Position numbers and translations under genes: made by a program. A stretch of DNA of 64,000 nt, taken from a virus (lineage: Duplodnaviria > Caudoviricetes). Below are positions 18,624 through 25,733 of the stretch, piece by piece. Where the stretch lies: positions 1 to 64,000 of the IMG/VR virus record IMGVR_UViG_2791355120_000002; one strand, 5' to 3'. Below the pieces are notes generated by a model, which did not search any database, was not told the DNA's origin, and saw only the letters and a list, made by a program, of their open reading frames with translations. Positions within the stretch are counted from its first letter, which is position 1; each line of letters opens with the position of its first letter.

Positions 18624-18710
18624 GCCGTGGCGCCCGATCACATAGCAGAAATCGCACTAATCGAGATGTCACGGCTGCAGCGTGCGGCCATAGCTATTCA
18701 GGAGTCGACC

Positions 18711-19610
18711 ATGAATGAAGCTCTTTTGAACGCGTTCCGGTTTCATTTCCGCAACGCCACGGCAGGCTACATCAACGCGAATTGCGCTAAAGCCGGTCCT
18801 GCCAAATGGGCGATTGCAGCCGCTCGGCAAGATGTCGCGGCAGGTAAAGCACGATATCCGCGCGGCCAATATGCGGCCGTCACCTGGCAGCCGCGCGACG
18901 ACAGTTCTAGGCGCGCCGAGCGGCTTGCGTTTGTGGAAGATGTCGCGGGCGCCGGCTTGCGGTTTGTCGGCAAGGTGGAAGCTGACACGCCACGCGGCCA
19001 GATTTGGAGCGACCGCGACTCGTGCGGCTGGTATAGCGATCTCGATCAATCGGAAACGATTTATGGAGTCGTGTATCAACTGCCCGGCCGCGACGGCAAA
19101 GCGCGCTTTGTGGCAGGCTATGCCAGCGACGACGATTGCGACGGGCTGCCGACTCTCGATCTCGGCCATATCTTCGAAAGCGATTCCTGCCGTGGGGACT
19201 ATTACGGCAACGTGCAAGAGCATGACGACGCGCGCGACGCTGCCCGAGCGGCCGATAGCATGGCGCAACGTGCGGCCGAGCAAGAGCGGGAATACAAGGC
19301 CGCATGGCAGGCCGGCCAGCGCTATAGCGAACTCGCAGACGAAATTGCGGCAGATAGGAAGGTAGCGCTTGAACTGCTTTCCGAGCGACGGGCAGCACGC
19401 GGCAACGGCGTCACTTTCCCTGCCATTTGCGCGACCATACGGCAACGCGTCGCCGAGATAATGCACGGGATTGCAGACGCTCGGGCAAAACGTGAAAAGC
19501 TGGCCGAAGGTGATTTTATCTCGGATTGGTTGCCGAGTTGGAATTCCAGTGACAAGCGGCTGCAGGCCGCGTTTAACGACGGCGCCGGGCAGACTATTTT
19601 TACCTGTTGA
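18711..19610 (+). CDS. Hypothetical early protein
   Basis: AGGAG SD; 299-aa ORF. Confidence 0.7.
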   Translation: MNEALLNAFRFHFRNATAGYINANCAKAGPAKWAIAAARQDVAAGKARYPRGQYAAVTWQPRDDSSRRAERLAFVEDVAGAGLRFVGKVEADTPRGQIWSDRDSCGWYSDLDQSETIYGVVYQLPGRDGKARFVAGYASDDDCDGLPTLDLGHIFESDSCRGDYYGNVQEHDDARDAARAADSMAQRAAEQEREYKAAWQAGQRYSELADEIAADRKVALELLSERRAARGNGVTFPAICATIRQRVAEIMHGIADARAKREKLAEGDFISDWLPSWNSSDKRLQAAFNDGAGQTIFTC

Positions 19611-19639
19611 CTCGCCTCGCACTTTCACGTTTAATGTGA
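19607..19639 (+). promoter_or_regulatory. Promoter plus operator
   Basis: TTGACT-17-TTTAAT; TCAC-GTTTAAT-GTGA at 19625-19639. Confidence 0.75.
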
Positions 19640-19685
19640 AAGTCACGAAACGACGTGACGGCATAGCAGCAAAGGAGTCATCCCT

Positions 19686-19802
19686 ATGAAATACGAATCC
19701 CCTTACCGTCGCGGCGATTTTGCCAACACGCGGGAAGGCCGCGTGAGGCGCGAAAACCGGCTGGCGCGTATCGCTGCCAAGCGCTCTTTTTTCCAGGGCT
19801 GA
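19686..19802 (+). CDS. Small basic protein (38 aa; not in the ORF track)
   Basis: AAGGAG SD; MKYESPYRRGDFANTREG... Confidence 0.5.
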   Translation: MKYESPYRRGDFANTREGRVRRENRLARIAAKRSFFQG

Positions 19803-19805
19803 CCT

Positions 19806-20051
19806 ATGACCGCGCAATTTGATACACTAGGTTACGCTCAGGCGCTGAAAAGCGCTGGCGTGCCTGCCAAGCAGGCCGAAGCACATGCAAAGGTCGCGCG
19901 GGAATACCTAATGCCGGAACTCGCAACAAAGGCCGATATTGCCGAACTGCGGCATTTGATTGAGCGGCAAACGTTGCAGCTTACCGTGCGACTCGGCGGA
20001 ATCATCGTCGTGGGCATTGGTGTTCTAGCAGCGCTCAAATTGCTGCCGTGA
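19806..20051 (+). CDS. DUF1640/CCDC90-like membrane-anchored protein
   Basis: FDTL.YA..L..AG....QAEA, LATKADI and a C-terminal TM helix. Confidence 0.8.
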   Translation: MTAQFDTLGYAQALKSAGVPAKQAEAHAKVAREYLMPELATKADIAELRHLIERQTLQLTVRLGGIIVVGIGVLAALKLLP

Positions 20052-20154
20052 TCTAGCGCGGCTTAACGGCCGCGCCTTTCCATCTCTCAAAATCAACCGG
20101 GCTTTGCGCCGCGCTTTTCAGCGCCACGGCCGAGCCATGTCTAAGGAATCTCAC

Positions 20155-21510
20155 ATGACCACGATTAGCGCCACTTACAGCCCGGAAGACAACAAAATCC
20201 GGCTCTATGCATCGTCAAGGCTCGACTCCGAAACCTATGAGCGAGTCAAGGCTGCCGGCTTCGCGTGGGCGCCGCGTCAGGAACTTTTCGTAGCGCCCAA
20301 ATGGTCGCCGAAACGGGAAGACCTGGCGCTTGAACTTGCGGGCGAAATCGAGCCGGAAGAAATGACCCTGGCCGAGCGGGCGCAAGCCAAAGCTGAGCGA
20401 CTCGACGAACTGGCGCACAAGCGTCACCGGCAGGCTAATGCCTATAATCGCGCGGCTCAAGAATTGTCCGAAGCCTTTTCGAACGGCCAGCCTATTCTAG
20501 TCGGACATCATTCCGAAGCCAAAGCCCGTAAGACGCAAGCCCGGATGCATTCGGCCATGACCAATGCAAACAAGGCTGCAAAACTGGCCAATTACTGGCT
20601 TTACCGTGCCGAAGGAGTCGAGCGGCACGCGAATTATAAGAACGATCCCCGAGTCCGTGCCGGCCGGATTAAGACGTTGCTTGCCGAGTTGCGCGACATG
20701 CAACGCGACATCAACCACGGCCATTTGTGCTTGCAGGTATGGGAAAAGATTACTCAGGATGAGGCAATCAAGGTTGCGCTCGGCCGCGCCATTAGCACGG
20801 GTTCGCTTGCGCCGTGGGATTTGTGGGGCAAGGTTGATAAAGGAGAAGTGTCGCCGCAAGAGGCGCGGCAGCAATGTATTGACGCAGCAAATCGGACCAT
20901 CAAGAGCGATTATCGGCGCCGCTATATCGAGCACACGCTAAACCGGCTCAGCTATGAACGCGAATTGCTCGGCCCGGTTACTAGGTTCGAAGGCGAGTTG
21001 ACTCCCGTCATCTTGCAGGCCTTTGCCCGTGAGCATGGCGCCCACAAGCCAGAAGGCCGGAAAATCGACGCTGAGACCTTCGTTATTGAAAGCTCGGCCG
21101 TGCTGCCGTTGCACTTGGCAAACGATACCGTTTTGGAGCTTTCCGGCGACGAATGGCGCGACCTGATGCAATCGGCTGGATATGAAGTGCCAGCGAAGAA
21201 AGACGGCTTGCCGCCAATCCTGAATCTCAAGTGCAAAAGCCTGCAGGCCAAGCACCGCTATCACCGGGATCAGGTCGAGACTTTCCCCGTGGTCGAGATG
21301 ACCAAAGCCGAATATGGGAAAATCTATTCTGAGCAACGCGGGACTCGCCTTTCCCTTTGCGGTGAATTCCGTTTCAAGATTTGCCCGAACCCGCGTCACG
21401 ACGGGCCGCGCTACATGGCCGGATGGTGTGCGGTATTCTTGACGGACTCGAAAGCTCATCCGCTGCCCGACTCGGTCGCGGCACTGGAAAGCGCGGAGTC
21501 GGTAGCGTGA
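20155..21510 (+). CDS. DUF3560 domain protein
   Basis: ATYSPEDNK.RLY, GF.WAP and GQPILVGHHSE motifs. Confidence 0.85.
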   Translation: MTTISATYSPEDNKIRLYASSRLDSETYERVKAAGFAWAPRQELFVAPKWSPKREDLALELAGEIEPEEMTLAERAQAKAERLDELAHKRHRQANAYNRAAQELSEAFSNGQPILVGHHSEAKARKTQARMHSAMTNANKAAKLANYWLYRAEGVERHANYKNDPRVRAGRIKTLLAELRDMQRDINHGHLCLQVWEKITQDEAIKVALGRAISTGSLAPWDLWGKVDKGEVSPQEARQQCIDAANRTIKSDYRRRYIEHTLNRLSYERELLGPVTRFEGELTPVILQAFAREHGAHKPEGRKIDAETFVIESSAVLPLHLANDTVLELSGDEWRDLMQSAGYEVPAKKDGLPPILNLKCKSLQAKHRYHRDQVETFPVVEMTKAEYGKIYSEQRGTRLSLCGEFRFKICPNPRHDGPRYMAGWCAVFLTDSKAHPLPDSVAALESAESVA

Positions 21511-22109
21511 ACCGGCCGGCGATATATTCCAGGCCGGCGAAGCCTATGCGCATTGAAGTCAAGCGCCGCGACGACTTCGCCAAACTGGCAGCGCCGCAGA
21601 TTGTCGAGCCCGTGACGGTTGACAAGTTCACGGAATGCCATGTGACGCCTAGCGACGTTGCCGCGCGCATGGTCGACTATCTCGGGCCGCAAGGGGACTA
21701 TTTGACCTTAGAGCCGAGCGCGGGAACCGGGCAGCTTTCTAGGGCGCTGCTAGCTGCCGGGCATAGCAAGTTTGAGCTTGTGCAGGTCGAGCGGCACAAT
21801 TCCCTAGCGTCGCGGCTGCACTCATTCGGTAGCGTTGTGAACCGCTGCTTTCTGGAATGGTCAGGGGAAGTTGCGGGCAAGGTCGAGTTTCCGCGCATAA
21901 TCATGAATCCGCCTTTTAGCGACGTGCGAAAGCACGTTGCAGCGGCCGTTAGCTTGCTCGGGCGCCATGGTCACACGGAAGCGCCGACTCTTGTCGCGCT
22001 AGTTCCTATCACCTTTGAACGCGGCGACGCTGAGACGTTGGAAACGCTTCCGGCTGACACGTTCGTCACGGCCAAAGTTCACACGAAGATTATCCGAATC
22101 CGTCGCTAA
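21507..22109 (+). CDS. SAM-dependent (adenine-type) methyltransferase-like protein
   Basis: LEPSAGTG and IMNPPF motifs; GTGA-coupled to the DUF3560 gene. Confidence 0.8.
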   Translation: MNRPAIYSRPAKPMRIEVKRRDDFAKLAAPQIVEPVTVDKFTECHVTPSDVAARMVDYLGPQGDYLTLEPSAGTGQLSRALLAAGHSKFELVQVERHNSLASRLHSFGSVVNRCFLEWSGEVAGKVEFPRIIMNPPFSDVRKHVAAAVSLLGRHGHTEAPTLVALVPITFERGDAETLETLPADTFVTAKVHTKIIRIRR

Positions 22110-22142
22110 CCCACGATTTCACTTTTAACGGGAGTTTCACCA

Positions 22143-22640
22143 ATGCCCGAGTTTATTCTAGAGTCTTCCGGCCGCGTCGACATGCCGGCCGCGTCGCTCA
22201 GCTTCAGCGACCTGGACGAATTCACACAAGGCTATATCGAGGCGCTCTTTTTCACTTCCGAGTGCCCGCAAGTCGCAACGGAAGAATTCAAAACGGCCGA
22301 GCATCAAGAGGCAATGCGGGAAGGCGCGGCGGATGGAGTCCTGCCGTGCGATGTCGGCTTTGCTGATCTGGCGCCCGAGACCCTGCAAGCGATCATTGCC
22401 GATTGCCGCGCCTTTCAGGAAAAGAACGCGGCCGATTTGGAAGCGGCTTATTCCCACATCCTGCAACCCGACTATGACGCGGCAGCGGCCGGCCGTGACT
22501 TTTGGTACACGCGCAACGGCCATGGAGTCGGCTTTTGGGATCGAGGACTCGGCCAAGTCGGCGACAAGCTCAGCGCCGCGTGCCGCTACCGCGAACTCAA
22601 TCCCTATTTCGGCGACGACGAAAAGGTTTATCTGTCATGA
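22143..22640 (+). CDS. Acidic hypothetical protein
   Basis: GGGAG SD; GRDFWYTRNGHGVGFWDR motif. Confidence 0.75.
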   Translation: MPEFILESSGRVDMPAASLSFSDLDEFTQGYIEALFFTSECPQVATEEFKTAEHQEAMREGAADGVLPCDVGFADLAPETLQAIIADCRAFQEKNAADLEAAYSHILQPDYDAAAAGRDFWYTRNGHGVGFWDRGLGQVGDKLSAACRYRELNPYFGDDEKVYLS

Positions 22641-23182
22641 CCTGGCACACGTTCAACCGCGCTGAGCTTGACGCGTTCAAAGCGACCTGGCATTGCCACG
22701 GGCTGCCCGACTCGCTCAATTCCCTATCCTTCGAATTCGCCAGCAATGGCGATTTGGTCGACATCGAAGCTAAAGCCCGCAACGGCCGGCCGCTCGACTC
22801 GGCAGACTTTGACGGACCGGCCATGGTCGCGCTTGCCGAAGATGCAAAGCGGCTGGCAGCCGAGCCGATAACTCCCGTTCTATTCCGCGTTCATCGTGCG
22901 CCTAAGACACACGGCGACGACGTGACGGCCGTTTTCCCTGCCGAGCCACACGACCTAACCGGCCGCTATATGACCTGTTACGCTCATATCGGGCAGCACG
23001 GCGCGTGCGGTTGGGAATGGTATCGCCGCACGCGGCCGGCGACTCCTGCCGAGTATGCCAGTTTGAAGGCTGAGCTTGAGTCGGCGCCCTATGGCTACCG
23101 CTTGAAAGTTTGCCAGCGGATTCAGCGCGACCATCGCAAAGCCTTTGACGCGGAATTGCAGCGGCTCAGGCGCACCGCATGA
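22637..23182 (+). CDS. Hypothetical protein
   Basis: ATGA-coupled; AVFP...CYAHIGQH...PATP.EY. Confidence 0.7.
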   Translation: MTWHTFNRAELDAFKATWHCHGLPDSLNSLSFEFASNGDLVDIEAKARNGRPLDSADFDGPAMVALAEDAKRLAAEPITPVLFRVHRAPKTHGDDVTAVFPAEPHDLTGRYMTCYAHIGQHGACGWEWYRRTRPATPAEYASLKAELESAPYGYRLKVCQRIQRDHRKAFDAELQRLRRTA

Positions 23183-24339
23183 GTCAGCTTCCACTCGGCA
23201 ACGGCGCCGCGATTCCGTGGCGCTATCTCACGCGGCATATCGGCATTTTCGGCGCCACGGGCTCGGGCAAAACAACGACTCTCGGCGCCATTGCCGAGCG
23301 GGCGCCATGTCCGACTCTTATCCTGGACGCTAAAGGCGATTTGGCTTCGCTCGGGCAGCGGCTTCTAAGGCCTACCATGCGAGTCGACGCAATGGGCGCC
23401 GACTTGATCGCACGGGCTTTAGACCTGAGCGAAGCGCAAGCCGGCGCCTTGCAAATCGCTATGGCGTGGGCGGAAGATTCCGGCCGCGCCATTGTCACGT
23501 TGGCAGACTTGCGCGACCTGCTAAACGCGGCGCTGCAGCATGATCTAAGCGCGCGATATGGTCTCATCTCCCCTGTTAGCGTCGCGGCCGTTCAACGGGC
23601 TTTGTTGCGCCTGGAACGCGGCGCGCCATGGGCTTTCGACCTGCCGAGCCATAACCCTATCGACACAACGGGAATCACGGTTTACGCGGCAGCCGAGTTA
23701 ACCGCGCTGCCCGGCCTATATGGCGCCTTTGCCGCGCATGTGTTGGAACGGCTTTATCAGGGGCTCGGCGAAATCGGCGACGTTGCCGCGCCTGGACTCC
23801 TTGTGCTGATAGATGAGGCTCATCTAATCTTTGACGGCGCCACGGCCGCAATCGTGCGGCGAATAGAGCAAATCACACGACTCATTCGATCGAAGGGAGT
23901 CGGGCTAATTTTCGTGACGCAATCCCCTAGCGATCTCCCGCATATTGTTTCCGGTCAGCTTGCGACGCGGATTCAGCACGCATTGCGCGCTTCCACTCCA
24001 ATGCATCACAAGGCCTTGAAAGCGGCAGCCGAGACCATGCCGGGCAATATCAGCGCGGCAAGCATTCTCGGGCTAGCAACCGGGCAGGCAATCGTTAGCA
24101 CGCCAGATTGCACGGGCAAGCCGCTACCTGGCCGCGTCGTCGCAATCCAGCGCGGCCGGCTGCCGTTGCACGCGGTTGAATTGCCAGCGCCCACGGCGCG
24201 ACGGCAGCGCCCGAGAATGCCCGAGCCGAGCCGAGCGGCGCCGGCAGCGCCACGGCCGCGCCCGTGGTATTTCTGGCCGCTATTGTGTCTCGCGGCGCTA
24301 TGGGGCGCCGTGCTGCTAGGCTATGTGTCGCCGCACTAG
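23179..24339 (+). CDS. HerA/FtsK-like ATPase (DUF853-like) with a C-terminal TM helix
   Basis: RHIGIFGATGSGKT, DAKGDL, IDEAHLIF and RLIRSKGVG..FVTQSP.D motifs. Confidence 0.85.
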   Translation: MSQLPLGNGAAIPWRYLTRHIGIFGATGSGKTTTLGAIAERAPCPTLILDAKGDLASLGQRLLRPTMRVDAMGADLIARALDLSEAQAGALQIAMAWAEDSGRAIVTLADLRDLLNAALQHDLSARYGLISPVSVAAVQRALLRLERGAPWAFDLPSHNPIDTTGITVYAAAELTALPGLYGAFAAHVLERLYQGLGEIGDVAAPGLLVLIDEAHLIFDGATAAIVRRIEQITRLIRSKGVGLIFVTQSPSDLPHIVSGQLATRIQHALRASTPMHHKALKAAAETMPGNISAASILGLATGQAIVSTPDCTGKPLPGRVVAIQRGRLPLHAVELPAPTARRQRPRMPEPSRAAPAAPRPRPWYFWPLLCLAALWGAVLLGYVSPH

Positions 24340-24342
24340 ATC

Positions 24343-24371
24343 AAAGCCCGGTTAAGCCGGGCTTTTCTTTT
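24343..24371. terminator. Bidirectional terminator
   Basis: AAAGCCCGG-TTAAG-CCGGGCTTT plus a T tract, between convergent genes. Confidence 0.8.
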
Positions 24372-24394
24372 GCCGCTCGGCAGGTCTCGGGCAG

Positions 24395-24721
24395 CTATCC
24401 CCTAATGCATTCATGCTTGATCGAGTCGGCGAAATTGCGGGCAGCCAATGCCCTATCGCCGCTGGCCGCTATCGGCTCGGCATAGGCACGGGAAACGATG
24501 CTCTCCGCGTCGCCGCTTGCCTGGCGCATGGCAACGGACTCGGCCGTTCCTAGCTGCCGCAATGCCATTGCCGCGCTAGCGATCTCGGCAAGCCGGTTAC
24601 ACCTGGCGAAATCGATATCATGCGGCGCGGCCGATTGCATGGCAGGTCGCGGATTCACCATGGCATTGGCAACCGCGACGGCTGCCGCGCCAATCAACGC
24701 AATTCCGATCAATCGCCGCAT
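24395..24721 (-). CDS. Small exported protein
   Basis: Signal-peptide-like N-terminus, GGGGAG SD, Cys pair. Confidence 0.6.
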   Translation of the reverse strand: MRRLIGIALIGAAAVAVANAMVNPRPAMQSAAPHDIDFARCNRLAEIASAAMALRQLGTAESVAMRQASGDAESIVSRAYAEPIAASGDRALAARNFADSIKHECIRG

Positions 24722-24745
24722 GTGATCTCCCCTGCCCGGTTGAAA

Positions 24746-24789
24746 TGACGGGCAAGGGCAGGCGGCAACCTGTTATCCCTTGCCCGTCA
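24746..24789. repeat. 13-bp perfect inverted repeat (hairpin)
   Basis: TGACGGGCAAGGG ... CCCTTGCCCGTCA, with an inner CAGG/CCTG stem. Confidence 0.8.
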
Positions 24790-24987
24790 CAAGGTCGCGC
24801 GTTGCAGCGCGCAACTCCCAATCATCAAAGCCATAGCACAAGCTTTGACGGGCTTTCCGTAGCACGACCGCGCGGACAGCGCGAGTCCGTAATGTTATTA
24901 CATGACTATAGGAAAATCGTCCTATTGACGGGATCGGTCGCGCGATTCCGGGCTCGATCGACCGGGCGGCCGGCGCCAGGACCACCC

Positions 24988-25101
24988 GGAGAAATAGGTC
25001 TCAGAGAAATAGACCGACTCGGCCCCAGAGAAAATTACACGTTATCCGTTCGTAAAATCACGTCAAACGTGATACAGAGAAAATCAGCCACGGAGAAATA
25101 G
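24988..25101 (+). repeat. Cluster of RGAGAAAW direct repeats plus an operator
   Basis: Copies at 24988, 25003, 25027, 25076 and 25092; TCAC-GTCAAAC-GTGA at 25058-25072. Confidence 0.7.
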
Positions 25102-25103
25102 AT

Positions 25104-25649
25104 TTGAAAGCGACCGTCACTCCAGCCGAACTGCAACGAAATTTCATCTACGATCCTCATACCGGCTTCATCTACAAACGCTTGGGCGACGGCATCTGGT
25201 CAGCGCGCGGTAAACGCTGCTTCGAAACAGACAACAAGGGCATCTATAAGCAAGGCACCTTTCGCAGGCAGAGTTTCTTTGCACACCGGGTCGTGTGGGC
25301 CATCCACTATGGTGAGTGGCCGGCTGATGGCTATGAAATCGATCACATTAACGGCGACGGGAAAGACAATCGGATCGAAAACCTGCGACTCGTTTCCCAT
25401 CTCGAAAACTGCCGCAACCTCGGTCGTCGATTGCCGAAAAACCCCGAGCGTGACAGTGGCGTAAATGGTGTCTACTGGCACAAGCAGTCGAGGAAATGGA
25501 TGGCCAGGATCAAGATCAACGGAAAGTGGATTTATCTCGGCACATACAGCCATCTCGACGAGGCGGTGAGGATACGCAAGGATGCCGAGAAAGCCTACGG
25601 ATTCCACGCCAACCATGGGGCTCGACCGGCTAAGCAAAAAGCCGCGTAG
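25104..25649 (+). CDS. HNH homing endonuclease with an AP2-like domain
   Basis: AHRVVW, IDHINGD..DNRIENLR and SGV.GVYW...KW.ARI motifs. Confidence 0.9.
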   Translation: MKATVTPAELQRNFIYDPHTGFIYKRLGDGIWSARGKRCFETDNKGIYKQGTFRRQSFFAHRVVWAIHYGEWPADGYEIDHINGDGKDNRIENLRLVSHLENCRNLGRRLPKNPERDSGVNGVYWHKQSRKWMARIKINGKWIYLGTYSHLDEAVRIRKDAEKAYGFHANHGARPAKQKAA

Positions 25650-25679
25650 GAGAAAATCACACAGGGCTCGTTATTTCAC

Positions 25680-25712
25680 TTGACCGGGTGCAGATATTCA
25701 CGTTAAAAGTGA
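25680..25712 (+). promoter_or_regulatory. Promoter plus operator
   Basis: TTGACC-17-TTAAAA; TCAC-GTTAAAA-GTGA at 25698-25712. Confidence 0.65.
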
Positions 25713-25733
25713 AACCAGAACAGGGAGACGTTG

